Shown here: positions 11,266 through 23,649 of the stretch, one piece after another
Position numbering within the stretch: the stretch's first letter is position 1
Layout: every line of letters starts with the position of its first letter
DNA from: Octopus sinensis
Lineage: Eukaryota
Direction: 5' to 3'
DNA: 64,000 nt
Assembly (NCBI RefSeq): GCF_006345805.1
Contig: NC_043001.1
Span: forward strand, 104,036,001-104,100,000
Notes under the pieces: generated by a model
The model's database searches: none
What the model saw: only the letters and a program-made list of their open reading frames with translations
What the model was told of the DNA's origin: nothing
Made by a program: the position numbers and the translations under genes

Positions 11266-12865
11266 AGAGTCTGTTAATATCGTTTTATGGTTATTTTAAA
11301 CTTTTTTATGGCAGAATATTGGAATTGTGGTTTCTGTCCTTTTATTTTTGATTGAATTACGATAGTCATTTTTGCATCGCAGAGTGAGGAATCGCGATAC
11401 TGCTAAGTTGTAGAAAAAATCCAGCTTGTCATAGTTTCAAATACGTTTGCTTGAATTTGAATTCCAACTGTAAAACTGTTTTGTGTGTGTGTGTGTCTTG
11501 TCTTTTTTTCCCTCCCACCGATTCAGTAAGGTTTAGAGAAATATTTCTCGTCCCTGTTGACGATTCATTAAAAACAAACATGCAAATGCCCAACAAGATC
11601 GAACCGAGGTCTCTGTATCTGCACAGCGTACAGAAAATGTCCCTTGCATACAGGGAGAGTCTTTTCGTTACAAGAAAAAATACAAATTTGTATTGAATTT
11701 AGACGCAAAGTGAGTGGTTAATTAATACCATCGACACCCGTAAATGTTCATTTATTTCATCGCCCTCGGGTGGATGATAGACAAAATTGACTTTGGCGAG
11801 TATTGGACTTCGTAATTGATGGTATGGTAATGAAAACTCCCATTCATCGGGTTCCCCCATTTGCAGATAGGGGAATGACTTCTAAATTTACAGGTTGGCT
11901 GCATATCATGGGTTGCCTTTTGGCAAGGCATAGCAGCCGTGAACTATTATGCCAGGGTCACGGTGAAACTCTGAAGCCCTGAAAAGAGCGGAAATGCCGC
12001 CACCTTTGGAAAGCAGGAGGGTTGTAGGGAATGAAAGGCAAGGCATAAAAAAATACTTTATCTTTGGATTTCTTCCCACTTCGCAGAACAAATACCACTT
12101 TATGAATCTTGGCCTGGGAAACCCGTCAGTTTGCCTAGGACTGCAATCGTCTGTAGGACCTGCGACGATAGACGAGAAATTAGCCATCGAAAAACATTCA
12201 GTGTCCTTTTAAGCTCGACCAGAGAATGATCACGTAAAGAACTCGACACCTTTACAGAAAATACTCGAAAAAATCCAATTATTAACAAAAGACTACTGAA
12301 TAATTATGATAATGATAAATAGCTGTTGGCCCAAAAGCTAAGAGTTGAAACGAATGCCTAATAACTGTCATCTGAGGCTAGTTTGTAAATAACTATTTTT
12401 AAAATATAAAGATGCAAATATGCTACGAATATATAATATAGGGTTACTTCAGAAATATTATCGATTATTTTAATTTATTATACGTAATAATATCCAGCTC
12501 TGAATTCATACAGAATATATGTCACTGGGAATTATATGCTCTTTCTGTCAATATTGCAAAATTGACAAAATGTAACGCAGCTGGTTCAGACATACAGTGC
12601 CGACTGGATTTAAAAGTGACTTTGTCAGAATTTTATAGACCGCCCCATCACACTGACCTTCTTAACAGTATAATGAAGACGGGAGAATAGTAGACGTCTA
12701 AACGTCGTAGACATTTTATTTATAGAGATCTCAAGATAATCTCTCGGTAAATGAGAAGAGAAGAGTTTCAATTCCAAAGAAGTGAAAATATGAAAAGAAA
12801 AGTATGTTTTTAAGAAAACAAATTTGTTGGGAAATAGCAGAGTCGACCGAATGGATCATTTCTCT

Positions 12866-13290
12866 TCTATCTCTGGCTTGTTTCAGTCATTAGATTGTGG
12901 CCATGCTGGGGCACTGCCTTGAACATTTACTGATCGAAGGAATCGATCCCCAGCACTTATTGTTTTTTTTCTGCTTTTGTTTTTTGTAAAGCGTGGTACT
13001 TATTCTGTAGGTGATTTTAGCCGATGCCCTAAGTTATGGGGACGTAAACACACCAACCCTGGTCGTCAAGCAGTGGCGGGGAAAAATACAGACAAAAAGA
13101 TATACACATATAGAAAAATATACATATACGACGGATTTCTTTCAGTTTCAGTCTACCAAACCAACTCCCAAGGTTTTGGTCGGTCCATGGCTATAATAGA
13201 AAACACTGGCCGAAGGCGTCACGCGGTGGGACTGAACCTGGAACCATATAGGTGAGAAGCAAACTTCTTACCACACAATCACTTCTGAAC
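12866..13290 (-). mobile_element. SINE group A
   Basis: Reversed tail, internal tract and head. Confidence 0.8.
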
Positions 13291-13389
13291 CTGAAAAAGC
13301 AAAATTGATCTGAAAGAGGTTAAACGTCAGAAGGACAGATTTAAAAATTGAATGAATTTCAACAGATTATTTCTCTGTCATCAAGTTTT

Positions 13390-13530
13390 CTTTACTTAAT
13401 GTCTCAAGAAACTTTGCCTTTCATCCTTTCGGGGGTCGATAAATTAAGTAACAGTAGAACACTGAGGTCGATGGAATCGGCTCGTTTCCTCCCTCCAAAT
13501 TGCTGGTCTTGTGTCAGAATTTGAAACCAT
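13390..13530 (+). mobile_element. SINE group B, 5'-truncated
   Basis: ACTTTGCCTTTCATCCTTTCGGGGGTCGATAAATTAAGTA. Confidence 0.7.
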
Positions 13531-14084
13531 TATTTACTGCTGGAAGCAGCATCGTTCCGACGCCATTGAGAAAAAGAAAACCTTTCCCCTATGCTGCGAG
13601 AAACCGAGATACTCTCAATGAGAATTTTTGCAGAAGACATTTTGCGGAGTTTTCTTAATGTTTTCACATATCTCCTCAAATCACTCTTTACAAAACAGGA
13701 ATCAAATACTTCTAGTCGTTGATATGAAAGCTATACCAACAATAATATAATTATTGCAGGAGCCGAAAATATTAATTCTATCATTTGGTAGATAATTAGC
13801 ATCATTACTAGAATGCCCATGAAATCTAATTACAGAGTCAAAGGATTAAAGAAAATCTTTAAGCATTAATGTGTTTCAATATTGACCAGCAGATCGAGAC
13901 AGCATCGAGTCTTGGATCTCGTAGCTATCCTATCTGGCAACTGTTAAAGAATAAGAAATATTCCACAAAGAAAAAACCATAAACAAGAATAATTAAATCG
14001 AATACTTATTTATAGAGAGACTTAATTATAATGAAATACCACAAAATTGGGCACATACTAAACTCTTTCAATAAATGTATCACA

Positions 14085-14280
14085 GCGAAACCGGCAAGCT
14101 GGCAGAAGTGCTAGCACGCAGAGCGTCTGTCTTTACGTTCTAAGTTCAAATTCCACCGAGGTCGACTTTGCCTTTCATCCTTTCGGGGTGGATAAATTAA
14201 GTACCACTTGTGTACTGGGGTCAATCTAATCGACTGGCCCCTCCCCAAAATTTCAGGCCTTGTGCCTAGAATAGAAAATA
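14085..14280 (+). mobile_element. SINE group B
   Basis: Head plus B box AAGTTCAAATT plus body. Confidence 0.8.
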
Positions 14281-14294
14281 AATAATTGTGTCAC

Positions 14295-14670
14295 AGGCAT
14301 GGCTGTGTGGTAAGAAGTTTGCTTTCCAACCACATGGTTTCAGGTTCACTCCCATTGTGCGGAACCTTGAGCAATTGTTTTCAAATATATCCACGGGCCG
14401 ACCAAAGCATTGTGAGTGGTTTTGGTAGATGGAAATTGAAAGCAGACCATCGTATATGTTTATATTTGTGTATGTGTTTATGTGTCTTTCTCTTTGCGTT
14501 TGTTCCCCACCACCACTTTACAACCGGTGTTGGTGTGTTCACGTCCTCATAAGTTACCTGTTTGGCAAAAGAGTCTAATAAAATAAGTAGGAGGCTTTAC
14601 AAAATGTCGGTAGTGGTGCCGATTGTTCAAGGTGGTGCCCCAGCATGACCGCAGACTGATGACACGAATA
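14295..14670 (+). mobile_element. SINE group A
   Basis: GGCTGTGTGGTAAGAAGTTTGC head through GGTGCCCCAGCATGACCGCAG tail. Confidence 0.8.
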
Positions 14671-14951
14671 TTATGGATAAGGACTTCGAATTTTCTACCA
14701 GCTAAGTCTATATATATATAGCATTCTGCCAAGAATTCACAACCTCGAATAAACAATACAGACATACAGAAACAATGAAAATGCCTCTTGTATTTGAACA
14801 CTACGCAAATATTCTTTTAAAAAACTTTTCATTTAATTTTTCCAAAATTTGTTTTTCCATACTTAGATTTGAAAAAAGTCTCGATGACCGAAACTGGTAC
14901 TAAAATGGTTTTTATAAAATTATTTTAACATTTTCTACTTTGACTTTTTTC

Positions 14952-15024
<73 letters not shown>

Positions 15025-15269
15025 ATATATATACACTTCTCAAGAAATCCATAATGGCGTGATTCCTTTGTCTCAAGGAATCATTTCACAATGTCCCTTG
15101 AAAAGCTAATTTAAATAGTGAAAACGGTTGGATATCACGGCATTTTATGAGACTTTTACCACCCATAAAATATGTATATATATTTTTTTTTATAAAAAGA
15201 TATTAGAACTATGCGAAATGAAGGCGTTTCTCTTCCTCTTTTTATGTTTTATAAATATTTCCACTTCCC

Positions 15270-15303
<34 letters not shown>

Positions 15304-15529
15304 TGTATGTATTGTCTATAACCGTTAATCCAGGCACGTTTTTTTTTAACTCTAGCTTTTCCCTCTCTCCGTCTGTTTTCTTTCTTCATTCCTTTTCGTA
15401 GAAGAGCCCAGGTTCGGAACGTCAAAGACTCCCATTTTCCCTGAGCGCCTAATATATTTTCTTTGTTGTTTCCTCATTTGTCTCTTTTCTTTTATTTCTG
15501 TTATTTTGTATTTTGTATAATTTTGAACC

Positions 15530-15800
15530 ATACGTGCATGTGTGTGTGTGCGTATGTGTGTGAGTGTGTGTATATGTGTGTGAGTGCCTGTGTGTGTGAG
15601 TGTGTCCATATGCCCGTGTGTATGCGCGCGTGTGTGGGTGTGAGCGAGTGTGTGCGCATGTGCGTGTGTGAGTGTGAGCGAGTGTGTGTGTGTTTGCATG
15701 TGCGTGCGTATGTGCGTATGTGTGCGTGTGAGTGTGTATGTGTGAGTGCGTGTGTGTGCGTGTGTATGTGCGTGTGTGTATGTGTGCGTGTGTGTGCATG
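15530..15800. repeat. Complex (GT)n-type microsatellite
   Basis: Direct reading. Confidence 0.9.
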
Positions 15801-15989
15801 TTTTATGTATAGCTATAGAAAGCAGCCAAACATTAATTCAAGAAGGTAATGTTGTTACATTTAGGTGGAGGATCAAATTTAATTCTGAAGCGAAAAGGTT
15901 GATAATCGTGGCTTTCACCATAGAGGCAGGCTAATATAATGCAACGCTAATGTGAATTGTAATGGCTTATCCAAAATAAATGAAAGTTA

Positions 15990-16330
15990 GACACAGTATT
16001 TTGTAAGCCCGCCTTTATCACAAACATTACAGCTTTCACCTGATTAGTGATGGATCTGATTCAATTATCAATAACCGACTGATCCATTCTTATCCATTCT
16101 TCCGTTAATGCTACTTCCAGTTTTATAATTGATGTAATTTTCCCTGATTTTGCTCACAACCTTCTTTCAAAATGATCCATACATGCATTCTATTGGATTA
16201 AGATCGAGGCTTTGAGTACACCATTTAATTCGATTCCTTGAGTTCATTTTCAAGCCTGTGAGACCTTTGTTTCTAAGACAGGATTCAATCTTCATGAAAA
16301 GGATCGCTTTTTTACATTATCGTTTCCTAC
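15990..16330 (-). mobile_element. Tc1-like transposase C-terminal relic
   Basis: WCTQSLDLNPIECMYGSF*KKV corresponds to WPxQSPDLNPIENLWxxLKxxV; after a frameshift LEVALTEEW...; heavily decayed. Confidence 0.6.
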
Positions 16331-16419
16331 ATGGAATAGATGGGTTATCGATTTTTTCAAGTTGTTGACAGTATTTAGGGACCCTTTAAATGATTTCCAA
16401 CAAAAATAAATTCTTATCT

Positions 16420-16920
16420 GCCTATCACCTAATCTGTCGCCCATAAACTACCTCCAGCTTCCTGCATTTTGTTCTTCCTTGCAAATAATCCGGTTTTTAT
16501 GACTCGGATTAGTTATGATACATCTACCACTGTGTCGACCAGACCACGAAATGCTATTGTACACCATTTGCAACATGTCTGGCCAAACGGAACTTGTGCT
16601 TTCTGTATTCTGAAATCGCATCCTTCACTCTGCTCCGTTCTCGAACAATCTTGTTTCGAATTTGCTCTCGTAATAACATTTCAAGCATGGACGTTTCTTT
16701 GGCCCTTTGCGTCGCAGCCAATCGATGTTCTATCCTCTTTGTAGTAGTCCATATCTCACTTGCATATAAGAACACCGGTGGGATGGTGCTATTGAAGAAT
16801 CTGGCACATTTGGCATTGTCTAGCTTTGTCTGGAGCACATCCTTTACTGAATTAAATGCCTTCCATCCGACCCATATTCTTTTTGAGATTTCTGTATCTC
16901 TGCATCTCAACTTCCGTCTT
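16420..16920 (-). mobile_element. RTE-clade LINE fragment (RT C-terminal part)
   Basis: EISKRIWVGWKAF...FNSTIPPVFLYASEIW...QRAKETSML...IRNKIVRERSRVKD...KFRLARHVA matches the RTE pattern EIxRRIxxGWxAF...LYASETW...IRNExIRxRSxVxD...KFRWAGHVAR. Confidence 0.85.
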
Positions 16921-17294
16921 CAATGCCTTTTCTTTTCAGAACCTTCCTGACGCCTCACATATTTCTTCTTTATAAGGCAATACCCTTCTTCAATACTCTT
17001 CTTCAGTGCACCTTTAGTCAATGCTGTTCACGTCTCGATATATCAATCCCGAAACAATGGCTTGTTCCTCGCTTGGATAGTCCACATTAATATCAGCCAA
17101 TCACTCGCTTGTGTTAAATTCATCGATCTCTCTTTTTTCCTCAATGGTTTTCATTGTTTGACTTTATCAACTTAAAGTTATAATTAATACGGCAGCACAA
17201 TTAAATCCAAATATGTACCTGCTGAGAAGGGATAATAAACCCAGTTATGAAATACCGGGAAATAGCGTGATGACCACTGTATATTTAAATGAAC

Positions 17295-17635
17295 ACACAT
17301 ACACACACGCGCGCGCGCGCGCGCACACACAGAATGGTCACAACTGGAATGTAATTGGTCAAAGGTCGCTTCGATAAGGACAGGCTTGAACTAAACACCA
17401 GCCAACTCATGCACTGCACATACTTATATAGACTTGGGCACTTATACACACACACGCACACACGAGCGTGCACACACACACACACACACAAACTCACTCA
17501 TACACACACGCACACACGAGTGCGCACACACACACACACACACACTCACTCACTCACACACACACGTACACATGAACGCGCGCGCGCACACACACACACA
17601 CATACACATACATATACATATACGTGTACATATAT
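17295..17635. repeat. Complex (CA)n/(CG)n microsatellites
   Basis: Direct reading. Confidence 0.85.
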
Positions 17636-17799
17636 ACTAGGCACCACATTCTACAATGCTCACACACGTACCATTCAAACACAAACAGAAAGAGGCACAG
17701 ACTCTGTATTTAACCATAAACATAACCGGTTATATTCCCCATAGTTAGTATAACTAACTAGTATTACCTAGCATTACTAACTGGTACTCAGTCGGTTAT

Positions 17800-18095
17800 T
17801 AAGTCGAGGATTCCCGTTTCTCCAACCAACGAAACAGCCTGCTCATGAAATTAACGTTCAGGTGGTTGAGTACTCCACAGACACTCGTAACCCTTAATGT
17901 TGTTCTCGGGAAAAATCAGCGTGACACAAAGGAATGTGATCAGGTTGTCCCTTTCAGTTACAGACACTACTCACGTTTGTCAGCTGAGTGGTATGGAGCG
18001 ACGTGGAATAAAGTGTATTGCTCAAGGACACAACACGCCGCCAGGGGGCTTCAACCGAATGCCGTAGCCACTAAGCCACGCGCCTTCGAACCAAC
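17800..18095 (-). mobile_element. tRNA-derived SINE, group C
   Basis: Reverse of ...GTTGTGTCCTTGAGCAA...ACTTTATTCCAC...CACTCAGCTG...GCAGGCTGTT; related to 26840-27160. Confidence 0.7.
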
Positions 18096-18269
18096 TACGT
18101 ACTCCATACTATACTTGGTACATACGCGCACATAATGGCATGTGCACATATATATATACACACACCTTACTACCTACATCCATCCGTACGTGTATGCAGA
18201 CATACACGAATGTTGTATGTTTAGTAATCCAAGAACAAAGAAAGGGTATCCACAGAACACCAAATCGAC

Positions 18270-18655
18270 AAGGGAGACAGACAGACAGACTGAAACAAGC
18301 AAGGAAGGAAAAAAAGGAAGGAAGGAAGGAAGGAAAATAAAAAGAAAAATGAAAGAAAGACAAAGAAGGAAAGAAAAATGAAAGAAAGAGACGAAGGAAG
18401 GAAAGAAAAAAGAGGCGGAGGAAGGAAAGAAAAAAGAAAAATGAAAGAAGGAAGAAAAAAAGAAAAATGAAAGAAAGAGACGCAGGAATGAAAGAAAGAT
18501 AGCAAAATGAAAGCGACGAAGCAAGGAAAAGAAAAAGAAAAATGAAAGAGACAAAGGAAGGAAAGAAGAAAGAAAAACGAAAGAGACAAAGGAAGGAAAG
18601 AAAAAAGAGAATTGAAGATCGATACAATGGATGAAGAAAAGAAAAGAGAAAGGGA
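18270..18655. repeat. GA-rich low-complexity tract
   Basis: Degenerate AAAG/GAAG units. Confidence 0.9.
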
Positions 18656-18839
18656 GAAGCCTTGGTTCGATCCTTGAGCAAGTCATCATAGGGTCGTCTA
18701 CTAAGCAACAACCCAATATATCGATTATGTCGTACATTTATTGGTTATGAAATCAATAGCTTAAAAGCAAACTGTATTTGCACTGTTCTTTGCAATGTGA
18801 AATGATAATGGCCGGGAATAAATATGAAGAAAATATTTC

Positions 18840-18975
18840 GTGGCTGTGTGGTAAGAAAGTTGCTTCCAAACACAACCACCCGGTTCCGGATTCAGTCCCA
18901 CTTCTTGGTACCTTGCTATAAGATCGAGCTGACCAAAGTGCTGACGGAAAATGAAAGAAAGCCGTCGTAGAATAC
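18840..18975 (+). mobile_element. SINE group A, 5' part
   Basis: GGCTGTGTGGTAAGAAAGTTGC...GGAAAATGAAAGAAAGCCGTCG. Confidence 0.7.
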
Positions 18976-19099
18976 ATGTGTAAACAAGAGAGACAGAGAG
19001 AGGCAGGAACAATGAAAATGCTCCTTGTATTTGAACACTATGCAAATATTCTTTTAAAAAACTTTTCATTTAACTTTTCCAAAATTTGTTTTATACACT

Positions 19100-19300
19100 T
19101 ACAGTTGTGGCAGAAGTATGAAGGAAGAGTGAGAGAAAGTTGTGGTGAAAGAGTACAGCGGATTTCACCACCACCTACCGGAGCCTCGTGGAGCTTAGGT
19201 GTTTTTGCTCAATGAACACTCACAATGCCCGTTCTGGGAATCGAAACCGCGTTCTTACGACCGCGAGTCCGCTGCCCTAACAACTGGGCCATTGCGCCTC
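19100..19300 (-). mobile_element. tRNA-derived SINE, group C
   Basis: Minus head GGAGGCGCAATGGCCCAGTTGTTAGGGCAGCGGACTCGCGGTCG...GGTTTCGATTCCC; related to 45251-45565. Confidence 0.8.
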
Positions 19301-19479
19301 CTGTTGTTGTTGTATGTTGGTGGATTGAGAGAATGTTTCGGGCTATTAATAGGCTGTTACTAAAAACGATTGGAACCTTCGCGATTGGAGCATTCGACGT
19401 AGAAAGTTCATACGTGAAGGAAGGAGTTGTGAAGAAAATATAAGTTTTGAGAATAAACTTTACAGACGTAAACGTGGTC

Positions 19480-19643
19480 AGAAGTTTGCTTCTCAACCTA
19501 ATGGTTCCGGGTTCAGTCCCGCTGTGTGGCACTTTGAGCAAATGTTTTCTACCATAGTCTCTGGCCGACCAAAACCTTGTGGGTGGATTTGGTAGACGGA
19601 AACTGAAAGAAGCCTGTCGTATATTCGTATATTTGTGTGTGTG
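19480..19643 (+). mobile_element. SINE group A, 5' half, ending at its microsatellite
   Basis: GGTTCCGGGTTCAGTCCCGCTG...GAAACTGAAAGAAGCCTGTCG. Confidence 0.8.
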
Positions 19644-19644
19644 T

Positions 19645-20069
19645 AGGATGATTGGAAAGTAACTCGCTATTTTAAAACACGTGAATTATTCATAAATTGT
19701 AATTTTTTCTCAAATGTTTTGTGTTTGGTTTTTGAAGTACTATAACTTAACCAGTAATCATATTGCTCTTGTCGTTCGTGTGACTTCTTTCTCTGGGGTT
19801 GTTTAAAGGAACAAGCCTACAGCACCAAACTAAAGACTATGGAAAAACTCGTAGGGTGAATGCGAGAAGTTGTCTTCCATCGCACAAAAGTTCCTGGTGA
19901 AATCACTTGACGCAATCCTTGGGCGACTCAAGAAGATGGTGGCGATATCTGGAGCCCATATCGATTTTCCAATAAACTTTCATACTAAAAGCTTTCCTCT
20001 GGTATCGATTTTTTGGTAAAAATTACAATTTATAGATAATTTATGAGTATTTTAAAACGGATCACCCTG
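19645..20069 (+). mobile_element. Internally deleted Tc1/mariner-superfamily element (non-autonomous)
   Basis: Imperfect ~60-bp terminal inverted similarity (TAGGATGAT...TAAATTGTAATTTTT / AAAAATTACAATTTA...ATCACCCTG-TA); internal SCDFFLWGCLKEQAYSTKLKTMEKL matches the PCDFFLWGYLK motif after the third catalytic residue in DD37/DD41-type transposases. Confidence 0.7.
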
Positions 20070-21394
20070 TATATAGATATGCATATAAAAGGAAAATATA
20101 TTCCTCTACGTATAAGTTGTAAAATAAAATTCTATTTGTGATCCTGGTGCAATAATGCTCTAATGCCTGCTACAAAAATTCAAGTATATCCAGGGAGGCA
20201 CTCACAATCTATAAAGTAATAGACATTTAATATATCAACCGCGACACACTTAAAAATACATGATATGGCGAGAGGGAAAGCAAGCATTGAAAAGAACATG
20301 GTCAACAAATTAGGCACAGTTCATGCTTTATGGTACGAACAAGTGATAAGTGAATGTGTCTGTTGTGTGTGTTATAAAGCGGCTATACAAGAGACAGGGC
20401 ATCAATATAGCTTTTTATACATACATCAATAATTCATATAAATATCTGATTCTCAACAGCTACGTCGATGTCAACTAAAATAGACCTACATTAACACGTG
20501 TTCTCTACGACACAGATATAGTATTTTATACAATTATAAAGCAAAAACTGCATGCTAGACACAGTCATATATAAATTGTAAATGTAAGCATATTTGCAAA
20601 AGGACCGTCTAAAAAATACCCAAAAATAAAAAAAGAACGACATATTACACAAAATCACTAGTCTACATCTATTGAGCAGTTATATAAACATTTAGACAGA
20701 TATACAAGAGATAGTCAACAGTAAAGAAATTATATTGAAACGTTGATAAATGCAGAAGGAAGGACAGACTTGATAAAGTAAACAGCGATAAAATACAAAT
20801 ATTGCTATACGTTGGCAAATGTATAGGCGTATGTTAAACACAAAAACATGGCGGCATGTCATTTTTTTTTTTTTTTTATAATAAAGAAGTAATTTTCGAT
20901 AATGTTATGGTAATGGGCGTAGCGTTATTTTTCTCTATTTTTCTCTATTTTGGGAAATATAATTGGTTTAAACAGTGATTCGCCACCATTTTTTAAGCTA
21001 TGGGCCCCTCTGATTACTATTTTATTCAGACAGTCCCCCATAGGTATTCGATGTTTAAAAACTAGTTTTATAGATACTTCTTTCAAATTTCCTATTTTGT
21101 CTTTCACACGTTCACTGGTATCGGTTTGCTATAACAATCTCCGAGAGAACATGTTTCTATGGCTGGAAACATGTTAAACTATGTGAAGCATTAGAAAAAG
21201 AAACCTAGCTGTTTCTTGCCATGAATACATCTACAGCAAAACCTTTTCCTGGACCCTTAAAATACTACTGTAAATCCGCAATTTAGTATTAAATGTTAGC
21301 AGTTCGGCAAAAGGTTTTACATCAACGTACCCTTAACCGAAACAGATATTAAAACAAACACTAGTTCCAGATGGTCTTATGGTGCACATGTCTA

Positions 21395-21720
21395 CCTTCA
21401 CGAGTATTTCGATGTCCCTACACTCCATATTACTGGCATTCTGTCGGTTACGACGATGAGGGTTCCAGATGACCTGATCAACAGAATAGCCTGCTTGTGA
21501 AATTAACGTGCAAGTGGCTGAGCACTCCACAGATATGTGCGCCCTTATCATGGTACCCAGAGAGATTTGATGCGATACAGGATGGGATAAGGCTGGCCCG
21601 TTTGAATTACAGGTACAAATCATTTTTGCCAGCTGAGTGAACTGAAGCAATGTTAAATAAAATGTCTTGCTTAAGAACACAAGGCTCCGCCGAATATCGA
21701 ACTCACCACCTTACTATTGT
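21395..21720 (-). mobile_element. tRNA-derived SINE, group C
   Basis: GGGTTCCAGATGACCTGATCAACAGAATAGCCTGCTTGTGAAATTAACGTGCAAGTGGCTGAGCACTCCACAGA, reverse of the 26840 and 44094 copies. Confidence 0.7.
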
Positions 21721-21732
21721 GAGCCGAATACC

Positions 21733-21963
21733 TATTTCTTTACTGCCCACAAGGGGCTAAACATAGAGAGGACAAGCAAGGACAGACAAACGGATTAAGT
21801 CGTTTACATCGACCCCAGTGTGTAAGTGGTACTTAATTTATCGACCCCGTAAGGATGAAAGGCAAAGTCAACCTCGCGGAATTTGAACTCAGAACGTAGC
21901 GGCAGACGAAATACGGCTACGCATTTCGCCCGGCATGCTAACGGTTCTGCTAGCTCGCCGCCT
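21733..21963 (-). mobile_element. SINE group B with AATAAA linker module
   Basis: Reverse-complement match including head GGCGGCGAGCTAGCAGAA. Confidence 0.85.
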
Positions 21964-22555
21964 TAAAACCACTGACTATTGACTCGCCAGGCTTTGTCAT
22001 TTGTCAGGTCTTCATTTTCATGCTGCGGAGTATCCAAAGTCGTCCTCTTCACCAAATAATCTGGTTGACGTTTTCAGTTTAGTCGCCGTCACCCCTGACT
22101 ATGCAACGCGCTGTACTGAGTAACATATCGACTAATAACACTCTCGAACCAGCTGGCATTTAATGAATGGATGGATGAATTCTGTAGCTTTGATATATGT
22201 TGTTCGGTGAGCACACGTTCATAATTGTGTCTGTGAATGTGTATGTGAGTGTGTATACGTCAGACGACTTGGTTTACTGGATTATTATGGTACATAAGGT
22301 TCAGTAGTTGTGTTTGCGTGCATATACAGGCGCGCGCGCGTATGTGTGTGTGTAACCAATGACTTTGTGTGTTTTATACATGCGATAATAATTATTTTAT
22401 CAAAACATCACCACTAACACCACCACCACAATTATCATCACTATAGTTTTCAGCAACAAAGCTCATTTCATTTCAGTTCAGTTCAGCTGTTGGTTTATAT
22501 CTACTTTTTTGCCATCGATATATCTATACTCTGACAATACAAATGCTGTCTACCT

Positions 22556-22588
<33 letters not shown>

Positions 22589-23649
22589 AATGTCAATGCC
22601 GTCCATGTCCATCTCTCTCTATGTCTTTCTTTAACCTCACCAAAAGAACATCACCTTCTGCTAAATATTATATCCTAAACATATCTCTTTCTCTTTACCT
22701 TTCGCTCACCATCTCACAGCACTTCATTAACACTTCTCTTTCCCTCTTCTCTCTCACCGGTTTTTCTCACCCTTTGCCTCCTCTCCCTTCAACTAAACAC
22801 GTGATGCATTTGGCCTTAATGTATTATAATACTCCTCTTTTCTTTCTTATCTACTCACTTTCTTCTGCCCACGCCCTCCCTCTCACTTTTACTGCACCTC
22901 TCACTCACTTTACCTCCACCTCTCTAACTAACTACTGTGTAGCGGGCGAGCGAACAATCAGATTATCATATGGATTATTAGTTCGTCCGTCGTTGTCGAC
23001 GATGACGAAGGACATCACATGGAAGAATACGGAACATAGTGAATCCGGCCGTGGCCAATCAGTCTGACGCATGCTCGGAAGGATCTGCTGGGGATTGGAC
23101 ACCGATTGTCTAGTAGGACAGAAGGCACGAAGTTGGCTCAGGATTTGCTGCAGTCCGTGTTTGGTTTGTGTCCCTTCTCTCCTGTTCTCTATACTCATAT
23201 ACAGACATCACATGTATTATATATTCCAGAGCCACATGTTGGCATCAGATGAGCGAAATGCATAAACTCTCCACTCATATACACTTGTGCACACACATAC
23301 ACACGCGCACGCGCTCCCAGTCATGTGCGCCTTTGTTATCATAATAACCGTATCAAAATAAACGTCCCATCTGACACACATACACGAACACACAAACACA
23401 CACTCACACACAGAGCAGGAAACATACACACACATGCACAGATGCGCATACGTACACACAGCCAGACACACGCTCGCTCGCACGTGCACATCGAAAGTGT
23501 ATAACAGATGGATTCAATATGTTATATAATCGATAGTGTTTATAATGAAGCGAAAACATTCACACGAGAAAAGTCAATTCTGCACACCCACAAAGACACA
23601 CGCTCACTCACACAGACACACACACACACGCTGGTGTGCGCACGCGTCT

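Noticed and set aside
11906-12060. Twister or HDV-like ribozyme
   Set aside because: Lacks the twister core and the P3/L3/P4 order of HDV-like ribozymes; kept only as an unclassified structured island.
21237-21318. Hairpin AAAACCTTTT/AAAAGGTTTT
   Set aside because: Short AT-rich stems are expected by chance at this composition.
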